A stretch of DNA of 63,836 nucleotides, filler included, from Choristocarpus tenellus KU-1152 (GCA_964200185.2; 9 parts of 9 records of this genome joined end to end with filler, not necessarily neighbours in it); one strand, 5' to 3'; positions 23,566 to 37,071 are shown, counted from the first letter of the whole stretch. Translations and numbers: made by a program. Notes: generated by a model from the letters alone, not told the origin.

Positions 23566-25625
23566 ATGGATCGTCTCCGGACGAGAAACCGACCACGTAG
23601 ATTAATGGGATTGATGTTGGTGCTAATGATGGTGAGCTCGACAGTCGGGTTTGTAGTGCACCCAATATTCAATGCAAGATCAAGGAGTTCGTATCAGGTT
23701 GACCTTCGTCCCTTGGAGGTGAGTGGCACTTTCTTTGGTTTCTCCTGGATGGAAACCCTTAGTGATCCAGTTCCAATACTAACAAGTTTTCGTCCTTCCT
23801 TTTCCTTCGTACCCTTTTCTGTCTATCCGTCGCAACCCCAGCACGATGTCAACATGCTTAGACGGCACACCTCGCCCCCACTCCTCCATCCTACAGAGAG
23901 TGCTATGACTCTAGCGTTTTCTCCAGCATCTTCTATCGATTTTCTTAGCAAGTTGTCTATTTCCTCCATCATGGAAGCGGCCAACACCGCTCCACCCATC
24001 AGCTACTTCTGTTACCTTATGGCTGCTGGAGTGGGTAAGGTTCGAATCTCAATTCCTGTTCTCACACCCCTTCCCCATCCCCTCACCAGGCATATACGGG
24101 GCGAAACGAAGTTTTAGGTTTCCTATTGATTTTGGATGAAGTTGTTCGTAATCCCCGCCAGGACCTGGTCCGAATTTCCATCATGTCTTCGACCTGGGTG
24201 AGTCCAGATATGACACGTTCACTTAGCTGAAGCAACTTTCCCGAGGGACAAAACCTGAGCTCTGTGGCAACTGTCGCGCTGGAAAAAAGGGTTGAGTTTG
24301 TTAAAGATGTAGAACGCTTCTTCGCTAAAAATATTGCACTGTGTCGATGTGTTGGCGATGCTGTGCCTGCCCATCTCTGAATTCAGATTGCGATTTGGAA
24401 TCCCTACTGTTGTTGTACTCGACATATTTCCTTCAACACCTTGATGACCATTGGTGCAGTACGTTACTGTGGTTGTTTGCGTCATTCATCTGCAATCCCG
24501 CCTGTTCAGACCAACACAGAATACCCTGCTGCTTGCCCCCACTTGCCTACAGGAGTTCCAGTGAGTGAAGATGCCTTGGTCATCTTTGTAGGCACATTGC
24601 TGACGCAACCAAACTTTTCTGTAGCAAGAAAGGTATCTCTGCTGGCGTGGGTTTACTCTGGTGTCGTGATGAGTGACATGGTAAGCACTTCGACCTCTTC
24701 ATGGAGGAGTCAATGTCTCGCAATCACTCAAGTATGGTTGGTACAGACCTTCTATAAGCACCATTTTTTTTTTCTCCGTCCCCCACACATATATGCCACC
24801 CTAGAATGTAGCTGCCAGTAGTGTTGATGTGACTGTGGGGCACCTATCAAGATACCCTAAGATTGCTAAGCACTCTTTCCATCCAAACATATAAATGCCA
24901 TTGCCCGGATATGTTAACATTCCGTAAGCCCTGCTGTTCATATCTCACCTTTCCTCCACTTGTCTACCCCTGATCAGGTCACATACAGTCTCGGCGTCGG
25001 ATTTAGAAGGGGAATGTTCAACCCCCTAAGACGCCTCTTGCTAGGTAATACTATCAATATCGATGAAGGCAAAGGGAGTGCCCAGAACACCTGGGACGTT
25101 TCCCCCGACGATCACAACAGACACACTGACACAGAAGTGTCTGAAACCGAGTCTGAAGTGTATGAGAGCTCTGGGGTCAAGACAACCAGCTCTAGGGCTA
25201 CAGACAGTCCAGGGAAAAGCTCTGGAGTAGTAAAAGGTCGTAGGGGGGAAGATGTTATGAGTCGTGCTCTTGCCACTATCCGTCGATCAGGTCGTTTCGT
25301 TGGTGTTGCAGAACGCTTTGCTGTGGGGATGCGAGGGCCAACAGCGTTACTGTGTGGTGCCATGGGTGTCCCTGCAGTTGACTTTGGGCTAGGGGTGGCA
25401 CTGGGGGCGCTGGGGACCATGCCGCTACAGTTGTCAATAGGGTTGTTATTGAGGGACCAACCTAAGGCTGTCGCCTCGGTTGCTGCTGCTTTCGTCTCCT
25501 ACTATGCGCTGGGTCCAGCTATCCTAACCGCTGCCACCTCAATTGCCGCCCTATGGACAAGGGGGAAGAAGGGCCGAAAAAATCTTAGGGAGAAGGGAGA
25601 AGAGGTTGAGGAAGCGAGTGCTTAG
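23566..25625 (+). CDS. DedA / SNARE-associated (VTT) family membrane protein, probably plastid-targeted, 4 exons, ~373 aa
   Basis: Exons: 23566-23718, 23842-24034, 24553-24680, 24978-25625 (1122 nt, in frame). DedA motifs: AAGVG|VPVSEDALVIFVG, YSGVVMSDM|VTYSLG, FVGVAERFAVGMRGPTALLCGAMGV..F..G...GA. Signal peptide LMGLMLVLMMVSSTVG followed by F (ASAFAP-like bipartite leader). Confidence 0.85.
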
Positions 25626-27762
25626 GTTTCCCCTTCCGTTGTCGTGTTATTAACCTGTGTGATCGAACCGAGGAGAAATGAGGTGCCTGTCGCTGTTGTC
25701 GTGTATAAGGACACTTGAGGAATATTTTATATAGAGATGGACTCAAGTGTAAGTGTAATTGTTGAATCGTGCCATCTGGTGTGAGATTTAGAAGATGAGA
25801 CGATTGATTGAATAAGCCGTTTCTGTTGACACTGTGGCGTTAAGTGTAGGTAGGTCTCACCGGTTCACGCAGGGTGATGCAATACCCTGTAACTTTCATC
25901 TCCTTTTCACAGTGTAGGTCTTTCAATGAAGTTGTCTAATCTGCAGCAGTTCTGCTCTCGAGAACAAATATTGGGTACCATATTTGACAGCCTCTGGTGA
26001 TAATACTCTTAAGACCCCTGCTTGATTTTTGAGCACAACTCCTATATATGCTCGTTATGAAACGAAGAGTTAGTAGAAGGTATACCCTCTGAGGTACTCT
26101 GCCGCAATGCTTGAATGACGTCATGTGTATCCCACACTTAGAGCTCTAGAATTGCAACTAATGCTAGGACAAGTTTTTTTGGTACAGCATGTTGAAGACA
26201 CATTAAAGAGTAACAATTTTAATATATATTCCCAGTGAAACTCCAGATTGTTATATATATTTTCACACTGAAAATAGTTGTGTATATTATTATGGTTCCA
26301 TCATTGGCACCAGCTTTTTACAGTATATATTATTGATGAACTAGAGCAATATCTGTCATCATTACCCCAAGTATTTAAATCACGAACTAATTGATGCGTG
26401 GAAGTAGTAGTTGAGTACAAGTTCTCTGTTGCATTTATAGAGCTTCAATGGCATAATATTTTCTTAGAGTCTCTCAAATGGTATCTTCAATGATAGGAGA
26501 TGAGGGCATCATGCCGTGAACATTATAGGCAATCGTTTTTATAGTTTATGCTAAGCCCTGTCCGAGGTCTAAGGACACAAGTTCCTTCTGATATTTTATC
26601 ACAAATTTCTTTCGACCACTATGTAGAAGTTGAGCACTGTTTCAATAACTGCATAGGATTTTTTCTCCTCATATTCTACCGTTCCCACTATTTTTTATCG
26701 TACGATAGGCTTACAAGAACTTGCTCACCAACTTTTGTAATGACACTTATTTTCTTCATAATCTCACTGAAAGCATCTCCCTGTCTTAATGGAGCAAGAA
26801 GAAGGGAGTACTCTGTATGTAGGGAGGGGGGGTGGTGGTCCGGGAAACAGTCTTGTCCATAACCAAATCTTCATTTGTGGAGTTGAGGTTTCTCAAATGA
26901 GAACACTTCCTTTATTGCTATTGTATCGCCGAATTGTGTGTGTATTTTTTTCTAGAATACAGAATAATGAGTATAATGCGTTTTTGGTTCTGATGGGACT
27001 GATCTGATCTCTATATAGGTGCTGTCAATGTGCACGAAGAGCTTTTTTTATTTGCTCCTCGACAATTTGAGAAACGTCCTGAGAAACAGGAACTTGTAGT
27101 GTGCTCATGGGTGGAGCAGACCATGTTGTAGAGAATAGAAAAGCAATGCACCAAATGGTCTATATTCCATGTGTTAAGGTCACATTATGTTGACTGCTAA
27201 CCGAGAGCAAGATTCCCTCCAACTTCTGTGTGTGTGCAACAGAAGTTACAGCCTCGAAGTCTCAAGTAGTAGATCGGTAAAACCTGAAGGTACAGAGGAG
27301 ACAAAGTCCAAGGGAAAAGGAACAAGGGCGTTATTTCTCCCATATGTCTACAGCTCCCCTATTTCCTGTCCCATCCACATCCACAATGAAGAAGTTAGCA
27401 TTGAGCATGCTGCAGATGGGACCACAGTAAAATAAATACGATGGTATCATGCGGAGTATTGACAGTGCCGTACACTCCATACATGCACATATCATACCAC
27501 TTAACTGTACATACGTGTATGTATCATGTGTAGGTATGGCGACGAACCTCCAATGTACAGCAGGCTTAGGCTTTTGGGTACAACAGATATATCGATGACT
27601 TGATCCAGATAATTTCCATTTCCATGCGGCAACTAGCTAGCTCTACAATAAGTACTTGCCTTCATTACAGAATGACAAAACAGTACCGGCACTATTATGC
27701 ATAGAGAGGGGACAGTGCGCTACTTGCAGACCTATGTGGTTGATATTATATTGTGTAATACA

Positions 27763-27960
27763 GGGTCAAAGTATCTGGGGGGGGGTGGTGATTTGTGAGG
27801 GGTTGTCCGTTTCGGTCAAACAACTCTTTTTTTTGCTGTCATTTCAAATCCGACACGTGCGCGACCAAATAACACCAAAAAAGTGAATATCGAAAAAAAG
27901 GTGAAAAACGGACGCCGACACCGCCCCCCGCAAATACGTCCACCCCAAATGGAACCATTG
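27763..27960. mobile_element. MITE with B-type terminus but a different body (family D), near contig end
   Basis: Starts GGGTCAAAGTATCTGGGGGG. Internal atcgaaaaaaaggtgaaaaacggac matches 40891-40961 in reverse. Confidence 0.5.
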
Positions 27961-29230
27961 AAGAAACAACTACTAAATGAAGNNNNNNNNNNNNNNNNNN
28001 NNNNNNNNNNNNNNNNNNNNNNNNNNTTAATTAATTAANNNNNNNNNNNNNNNNNNNNNNNNNNNNNNNNNNNNNNNNNNNNGCCAAGCACCAAATGGAC
28101 AAACAGAGCAAAACTCGTACCCTCTAAGATACTTTCACTCATCCACAAGTACCTTGCATGTTGACGGAACACTCGTTTCATTCCCTAATACCCCAGGTTG
28201 CTTCAGCAGTATGTCAAATAGTTGCAGGAACACCACAAGCAAATCTGAGGCCTCGCTTGCCAGGTGAGCCATAGGCTTTCCCAAGGCATGCAAGGCATGC
28301 ACACGCCGTTTCCTCGAGGAAAAGATTTTCACAGTTAGTTCTACGTACACTCATCCTCTAAAGATATGATGTGAATTGGGGAGAGGTTGCAGGGGTTGTA
28401 CTGGATGGAGTCGCAAAGATTACGGCCCTCATGCAGAAACTCTGTCCCCTTGGGTACACTTCTCACAAGGTCGAATGGTTTTAGGTGGGCATGGCATTTA
28501 GCATTAGAACCTCCCAGCGCATGTGCCAAAAAACAAAACATTCAGTTCCCATCCCCTTCAAAACGATATAGGAAAATGGGGCCTTAAATTTCGCCTCAGT
28601 AGAAATTGGGGTCAGAGGACTAGCAGAGAAACACAGAATCCTGCTAATATTAGTCGATCGTAATGTCAAACTAAAGTGAAACCCTGACTCAACGCTGGAT
28701 GAATTTGGGAGACACAGCTAACTACAGCTAATTTCACACAAGTAAATATCTTACATGTATGGCAAGCGTGGTATTCCCCTTTTGCTTGACACATTTCGTT
28801 CAATGGGTTGCCTCACTTCTTCCTCTTCAAATGACTCCCGTGAAAGCAACCACCAAATCCAGGTGAGAGGGTGGGTGTCCCTCATTATTCCAGCCGTCGA
28901 AAGCGACCCAACTCCGTGGAATGAGTCAGATCTGGACGACTCACAGGCACAGCGACCTTCAAGACACAGGGACACAGGAAGGGTGGCGATAGTGTGGAGA
29001 ACTACTCCTATTGTGGATAAGTTGATTGGTCATTCTCAAAATTTAAATATACTTTCGTTTTTTGGTTATGACGGGCGTCACGCTTCCCAAGGTGTCATCG
29101 CCGTTTCATATCCTTCCCATAATAGTCCAACACCAACATTATTCAATAGTTCATATATAGCATCAAGCAACGACTTGCGCTCCAACTGCCCTTGGAGCCC
29201 TGTGTCCTACAATTCACTTTCGTTGTTCGA

Positions 29231-32200
29231 ATGTCCTCTGGCTGCTTCAGTACTTTCTCAAACTCGAGGGGAGAGGGACGCATTAGAGTCGCAGTGAGGG
29301 TGCGACCTTTCAGTGCTGCAGAGGTGATCACTCACTCTAACTCTGTTTGCAACGTAGCATACACGATCCAACTTGTTGACTTACTTGAAGGAATTCTTCT
29401 TAGAGAAGTTTGGAGGGAAGGCTATGTGTAGTTGAGCAGTTATATACACCTTGCAAAATTATGCTATGCTAAGACTGCCATATGTCCACCCCATTACAGA
29501 CAAGGTGCGCTTCTTCGGCGACCCTGCCGCATCACGTTTAGTGAGTACTCCCCATCCATATTCTCAAGTGGGCATGTTGCCAGAGTGGAGGGATAACCGC
29601 GTCGAGCATTTCCACTAGTCACTTGTCAAAGTCCAGCTCATGTGTTTGAAGCACGGCGATTCGATTTGTCATGAACTCCCTTACGAAAGATACCAGAAGC
29701 AATTAGCAGTCTAGGAATATAGAAACGGCGTGTTCAATCATACCTACGGCATTTTGAGATAAATGCGCTGTACCATCCTGCAAATTCATTTAAATATTGA
29801 AAGCAGAAACGCCCTCACCTCTTGGGCTTGGCAAATTTAATTTCAATATTTTTGGAAGAGCAACTAACTCCTGAGATTCTCCCCCTTTTCCTGTGAAATC
29901 TTGACATCGAAGTTTGCAGAAGAAGAGAAGCGAGTGCTATTTTTTCCTAAAGACGGGAAAGACGGTGTTCTCCAAGTGCAGCTCCCGGAAGGGGGTGGCA
30001 GAGGATGGTCGGCGAGGTCCAAGCTATTCAAGTTTGATCATGCATTGCCGGACGACACAGACCAGGTGAAGTTTAGAGGGCAGGAACCTTCTTGGAGGTT
30101 ACTTCAAAGGTGTTGCCTTTGCAGATATTCGTAATCTCAGGCCAAGAGGAAAGAGATGGATGCGCTGAAGACTACACAGTGTGACAAAAAAAACACAGTA
30201 GACTCTTGTAAAGGGTGCATCCCAGAGTAGCTTTTCCCTTCATGTCTACTGCTAAACAGGATTCCACAGGAAAGAAGTTGAGGGAGAGGGACAGAAGAAT
30301 GTGATCTTGAGGTGGAAGGTAATCCACCAATCACCATTGAGTCCCACTAGCTATAAAATTTCAGAACATTGATGAAAAAAATTCCATCTGTGGAATAACA
30401 ACTACTTCAGGTTATTGTCCTCATATGTTGCACACACACTCACAAAGCATACCAATGAGATTTGTGGTTTGAGATTTGTGGTACGGGAGTTGTGATGTGG
30501 AGACACATTCCTCCGAAAAAAAAATTAACACCCTAATGGTCTAGGTACTTTATCTTGGAAATACGAATACTTAATGCATTGCAATGAATTATTGTTTTTT
30601 CGTAACTGTAACTTCTCTTCCCCCCATTCCAAATCCTCTAGATCATCTCCAAAAAACATATTCTAATACCCTCCACTGCCGATCACGACCCAAACAAACT
30701 CAGTAACCTAGCTCCTCTATACTTTGTGTGTATATATAGGCAGAGGTGTTTGAGTTGGTCCGGCCACTTGTGGAAGGAGGGCTGGAGGGCTACAATTGTG
30801 CCATTCTGGCCTATGGACAGACGGGCACGGCAAGTGGATGATATGTTTCCTGCAGTTTGACCCTCTCACTTTGTTGTTGCTTCCAAGTGGCTCACCGTGC
30901 ATGCCTTCCTTTTCAATATAACCTTGGGCAAGACTGAACCTAATTTGGATTTTTATTTTTGTTTTTCCCAGAGTTATATACTGCTACATAATGGTTGCTT
31001 CAACAGCTTTGAACCAAGTTTTTCATTTCAGAGAGAGGCGTGTATACCATATATACTTGTCGCACTCCTGAGAGAACAGTGTTGAGCAAGCTCAACAGTA
31101 GCTATTATAGATTTGAGCTCTGCCTGTTGTGACCACCTATTGCAAAAGTATGTATGACAATGTAAATAGTTAGTCCGAGGGACTGCGCAGTAATGACTAG
31201 GGGAAGATTTGGTTCCGGGAGCACTCTTGTGCAACTCTTGGTTGGGCATAACATACAGTCCCGAGACAGATCTTGCAAGGGATAGCAATGGTCCATCGTT
31301 TGAACCATAATGTGATCTATTACGTGCACTATGGCTTTATTACATCGCTTCATTGTACAGTACTGTGCAAAACGTTTAGTACAAACGTGAATTTGACATT
31401 TCTGTGCGTTCCGAAGGGAAATTTTGCCATGCTAATTTACTCTCCGCATTGCCAGTTTTTCGGTATTGCGTGGTGTAGTTCTGGACGCTTGGTAATGTAT
31501 TGGTGTAGGTTTCCAATGGGATTGTGCGGCAATGCGGCGCACTCCCCATCCATTCTTGAGGTGGCCTATGATGAATCCCTTCTCGTAGTCAGTAAATCGC
31601 TTCCGCGGAGGCATTTCGTCTTCTCAGCGCGAAAGTTGGTGCAGAGCACAGCAGAAAGGATGCGTGATTGTGATTGTGCACCAAGTACAAGCGGTACTCT
31701 TGTACCTTTGAGTTTTGCACACCAAAATGCTATAGACTAGCTCTGGAACTCCAATTTTGTATTTGTACTAAACGTTTTGCACAGTACTGTATGTGTCGAG
31801 CACAGTATGTGTTGAGCTGTCACTGACTAGGAAATTGGTGGTCGAAGTGATAAGCGTGCTCTGTGACGATAAGTGACCACGTTGATCCTTAATATGTCGT
31901 GTAACCCTCCCACTTGACTTGTCCCAGCATTGAGGAGTGGAGAATAGTGCATGAAAAACAGCATTCCCACCACCAACAGAGTATGCTAAATGCCAAATTC
32001 AGCTGACATGATCACTTTGCTCTGCAATTTTCTTTCCCCTCCCTCGATTTTGTACTCTTACTGCTACCACAATCATTAAAAAATATGTAATCTTATGCTA
32101 TAATGGCGCTCACCTCGCCTTTCCCCTTGTGACCTCCTAGTTCCCCGACCTCTGTTGCAGGGCAAGACCTATACTATATCAGGTGGGGAAGAGGCCTGTG

Positions 32201-33737
32201 GAGTGGCAATAAAGAGCCAGAGGAGCTTGCGCTCAAGTAAAAGGAATCCCAAGAATGGTGCAAGGGATTGGAGGAGGGACAGTGTGGGGAGAGTGGGAAA
32301 TTACAACACATCAGACCAGGATATGGACGGGGTCAGAGGGGGGCTTGTGTCTCGTGTTGCAGAGTTACTACTAAGTATGGTTGCAGAAAGGGAGCGAAGG
32401 AGGATTTCCAGGTGTAGGCTCAGTGTCACATACTTGGAGGTGAGGTCATAAGTATCGATGATTTGGAGGGGGGGGGGGAGTCAGGCGAGTGGGTGTAGGG
32501 AACCAAGAGATGTGAAATCGACTGACAGGATTGGAAGAGAGAGGAAGACATGTGGTATTGGGATGTTAGAGTGATTGATGGATACTTAGTGGTGGAGAGA
32601 CTTGATATTCATCGAGAGATGTGGAAGTTGCCTCCATAGTTAGCAAATGTCGAGGGATAATCAAATTCAACTGATCGCCCTTGATTTCCAGTAATGCATT
32701 TACCACACCTCCACATGGATCCCACTGGCTTCATCATTCTCTCTCAACTCATCGGCTACTTGCATTGCCTTGGCAAAATGAAGAACCCCATCAATCCCTG
32801 TCCTCTGGTATCGACTATTTGTTCATAATGTCTTACCACCCTTGATAGACCTATTATCAGAGGTGGTACATAGAAAAGCAAGTGAACAATAAAAATGAAT
32901 AAAAGTGGCAACAGAAACTTGATCATAGCAAGAAAGCATCCATCCAGGCCTACCTGTCAGTACTAGGACATACCTGTACCAGTATCAAGGATCACTTCCC
33001 AGAAGAAAATATACCCAGAGATCCAATGGTCTAATGGGATTTGCTACTTCCTAATTCCCAAGGTGTACAATGAGCGTGTATTGGACCTTCTTGGACAACC
33101 ACCCCCTGGAGTGCTTGGTAAAGCTGATAACAACCAACATAACAATGAAAAAATGCATCAAAACAGCCATCAGCATAATCCAAACCACGCTCAAGGCCTA
33201 GATGACCGCCCAGCTGGCAATAGATGCAAAGGGATTCCAGGGAGCAGCAGCAGCAGTAGGAGCAGCAGCAGCGAAGGCGGCAAGAGAATCTTGGACACCA
33301 GCCATGGCTACTATCACAATCCGATGGGTGAGTATCACCGAGAGGGGAGTAGGAGTGGATACCACTTTTGGGGGACAGGAACAGCGAAAGACAGGAGCTT
33401 TAGTGGGGGCAGGGGAGGTGGATCAGTTGGAAGCAGAAGTGAAGGAAGCACTAATTTCACAGGCCAGAACGCCTGCAGTACCAATTGCCAAGGTGTTTGC
33501 AGTTGCAGGAGGAGGTGTGGGGTCGGTAGTTGGTGGTCAAGTGGTGAGAATGCTGACTCTGGCCAGAGGTTGAGGGAAGCGGCAAGGGGAGGGGCAGGGA
33601 GGGGACAGATGCGATGCATGTCACCGTGCAGGCAAGGAGGCGAATGGGGGAAGGAGCAGAGTTCAGATGCGTCAGGGCTGGAGGTGAAGTTCAGCGGAAG
33701 GGAAGGCGTTCAAGTGCCTGGGTGCACTGCAGTTCAG
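29231..33737 (+). CDS. Kinesin motor domain protein, 5' part (3' exons not in this contig)
   Basis: Exons 29231-29323, 29913-30065, 30740-30829, 32161-32439 and 33063-33737, all phase 0. Motifs: RIRVAVRVRPFS, FKFDHAL...DQ, GYNCAILAYGQTGT|GKTYT (P-loop), SVTYLE|VYNERVLDLL, GVQVPG. Switch I (SSRSH) and switch II (DLAGSE) were not found before the gap at 34638. Confidence 0.9.
31358..31789 (-). mobile_element. Internally deleted Tc1/mariner (Tc3-like) DNA transposon in kinesin intron 3
   Basis: Perfect 28-bp TIRs CAGTACTGTGCAAAACGTTTAGTACAAA, flanked by TA on both sides. Internal minus-strand ORF 31614-31432 (MPPRKRFTDYEKGFIIGHLKNGWGVRRIAAQ) resembles the Tc3-type N-terminal HTH. No DDE domain remains. 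Confidence 0.9.
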
Positions 33738-34175
33738 GTAAGCCTGGGTGGGAGGGGAGGAAACAAGTAGGGGGGAGTAGGGGAAGGTGAGGAAAGAGGT
33801 CAAAGTGATGGCAAGGAGGAGGTAATAGCAGAGGCAGCTTTTATGTATATGAATGTGGAGCATGATCCTTGTTGACATGCTCCACACATGACGAACCGTT
33901 AAATAGTACTAGAGCTTACATTTGCCCACTTATGTTGTCTACTTTTGGTTCAGATAGATCGTGATAACATCCATACAGGCATGATGAGTATATGAGTTGA
34001 GTGAGTTGAGAGGGGTACATGTTTCACTTAGTTGTGTGCATGTGTGTAGGAATGCAGATGGTCGTTGTGAGTACCTGTATGATGGGATATGGTGAGAGGT
34101 ACAGGTATGAGTTCAGGGTATAGCTTCAGGTGCAGAGGTCAGGTAGAAATAGAAACGACTTAGTTCCAACACATT

Positions 34176-34424
34176 GACCCAAAGCAGTTTAGAGGGTAGG
34201 GCCCGCATCCGATCAGGATCATTAATCCAATGTTGTGATTTTGATTTATTTTGGCTATTCTGTTTGTCATCAAGTGTCAATATCCTTGGTCCAGGCACGG
34301 CTTTCATAGTCATAGCCATTTTAGGTAACTGTGTTCACACAGAAAACCGGAAAAGGGCATAAAAAAGCCAAGCCCCGAACAGACAGACAGGGTGAAACTC
34401 CTACCCTCTTAAATGCTTTGACTC
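34176..34424 (+). mobile_element. MITE family A'
   Basis: GACCCAAAGCAGTTTAGAGGGTAG...CTACCCTCTTAAATGCTTTGACTC; homologous to the middle element at 1494-1997. Confidence 0.8.
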
Positions 34425-35637
34425 ATATGTTGATATCGATGCCAAGACAACAATTGAGGAAGGCAAATGCAGACAGCACCTTATGATCCACGACAGAAAA
34501 AAAATTAACAACTTCATTCAGGTTGAATACCTTGCTATGAGTTTAGAACTGGAGACCTAAAGTATCTGGAGGGGGGGGGGGGGGGGGGACACCAAGGGGT
34601 TTTTTTTGGGAAAAAAAAAGAAAAAGGGAAATAAATTNNNNNNNNNNNNNNNNNNNNNNNNNNNNNNNNNNNNNNNNNNNNTTAATTAATTAANNNNNNN
34701 NNNNNNNNNNNNNNNNNNNNNNNNNNNNNNNNNNNNNATTAAAGGTGGCTTTTTCTGGTTTTGGCCCAAAACGGATACCCCTCTGTAGACCCCCCCCCCC
34801 CCCCCCAGATACTTTGGGTCATATTGGAAATGTTGGTGCCAAATTTACAGTTGTAATGTGATGTTCAGAGTGCACATTGGCATATCCCCTCACACAGAAG
34901 CTGATACTGAGAAAGAAGAATTATTTTGTCACTCCAAGAGGCAAGGAAAGTAGGCCGTTCACAGGATGCCATTCGGAGCATCGAATGCACCCTGTCATCT
35001 CAAGGAATCATGTCACCATTACCTTCCTGCCAGCATGGACCCACTCTTGAGTGGTTTGCTTATTTGTACACGTGCAGTACGTGGATTATTCCATTTGCTC
35101 ATCTTCCCACTGGAAAGGAAGGACACTTGCACTTCCTCGGGCAGAACTTCAAACCTTTTCAATCAAAGCTACTTCTCCCCCTCAAAACACAGTCCAAAAA
35201 CCAAATTTGGTCCTTGAGAATCATTACATTTTCTGCGTCATATTTTGTAGTCTGAAAAGGTATTCATGGCGTCCCCGGACAGCTTCATGCCAACAGCTTC
35301 ATGCCATCAACGAATCACCCAGAACCAAACGCTGCTCAAGACGTTCTATCTGTTCCAGGTGCCACAAATCTTGTGTGCAAACAGAATAAAACAAATATGC
35401 ACCCAATCTAAACTACCCACAGTTAATTTAACCATCATCACCTCACCCTACCAAGAAGCACTTCCAGACAAAACAAAAACAAAAAACACGCAAAAAAATG
35501 CAGAATGGACGACCAAGGTGTGGCGGGGGGGGGGGGGGGGGGGGGTGGGGAGACAAAACATAGGGGGGCGGCGCGCCTCTTTGTGTTCTTGGTCCCACAA
35601 AACAGGTGTGTTGATTGTNNNNNNNNNNAAAAAGAGG

Positions 35638-35684
<47 letters not shown>

Positions 35685-36807
35685 CTGTGAAACGATCACT
35701 AGGTGAAGCCCCAGTTCTCATTATGTCCTGACTCCACCAAAAGTTGTTTGTACTTTCTTTTTTATGCCAGCGAGAGAGGGGTACTGGAACTTTCTTTTTG
35801 GCATGTCTTAGAGAGGACAATCCTAAAATGGCGAAGTTATAATAGCTAGCTACTTAGATTCAAGAAATGTAATGAAGCTCATCGTCACTATTCACCCGGA
35901 TCAAGAGAGAGTTATCCCGCCGCTGCCACTATCACTCACCGGCATCCGTGTCTCTGGGGTACACACTATGAATACTATAATACCCACACTACAAACCATA
36001 CCGGTATAGAACTGCAAGGTTATCAGCAACATGCTCACACCCAAGAAAACTGAATCACTCCAAGCTTCTGATTTCATTCCCAAACACAAGCCTGATAAGC
36101 TAAACGTTGTACCTAACACACAGCGAACAAGTATGTAAGTAAGTCCAAGAGGGAGCAGAGACCCAAGTAGAGTCAGCTAGAGCTAACAAAAAGAGGCGGT
36201 GACCCATGCAGCAGGTGGTAAACACATTTTGGCGCAAGCACACTCGCAAGACCTATAGCTGATTATAGGTGTGCTTTCTTACAATAAACTCACAGCACAG
36301 ACTCTTACAACTCTTGTGTACTGGACGACCAAGGGCTTCGAAACAGCAGAGAGTCGTTCGCAGGGAAGCAACAAGCAGCTGCACCTTGATAATGCCACTT
36401 CTATCAACTTCCTGTCCCTCACACACCAAGGCTAAATATACTGTGCAACAATTGTCCAGTGTTCACCCCCCTCTCATCTCTCTGCCGTATGGATGCATGC
36501 CACAAACAGTTCAGTCCACCTACCGAAGGGGTCAATCTGTAGCAAGAACTGCACTGAAATACAATTAAACCATTGGCGTACACATACTGATATTAGAAAT
36601 AAAGTCTAACATTGGAAGGCGGGGATTGCAACTTCGCGAGGGTTTTGTCTACTTACCAAAGACTATAGATTGTGCAGGGTGGGAAGACATTAGGCTCCAG
36701 CCCCTGCCTGATGATCAAGCTTTTCGAAAACACATTTTTGCCAGTGGACTTGAGAGGATGTTGTGCAGGGTTTAAAATGTTGGTTTTTCAGTGTTGTGAA
36801 TAGAAAG

Positions 36808-37071
36808 GAGTGAAAGTATCTTGGAGGATATGAGTCTTGCTCTTTTTGTCCATTTGGGGCTTAGCTTCCCATGGTTTTCTTATGACATTTTACCTACTCC
36901 GCAATGTTCCAGAGTAGCAAAAAGGTATACCTTATGACTGGTTGGGTCCAGAACAAGGATATTGACACTTCCCAGCAAACACAAATAGCCAAAATTACAT
37001 CAAAATCGCAGCATTGGATTTTGGCTCCCCAACGGACACGGCTCTACCCTAACCCTAAGATACTTTGACTC
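36808..37071 (-). mobile_element. MITE family A, reverse
   Basis: GAGTGAAAGTATCTT...AAGATACTTTGACTC; the TIR carries an extra AACC, producing CCCTAACCCTAA. Confidence 0.8.

Noticed and set aside
27570-27615. GYNRYIDDLIQI, an RT-like YIDD motif
   Set aside because: Isolated; no other RT motifs could be placed in frame. At most a very decayed retroelement.
33202-33619. Overlapping alternative-frame and antisense ORFs in kinesin exon 5
   Set aside because: Shadow ORFs of GC-rich low-complexity coding sequence.
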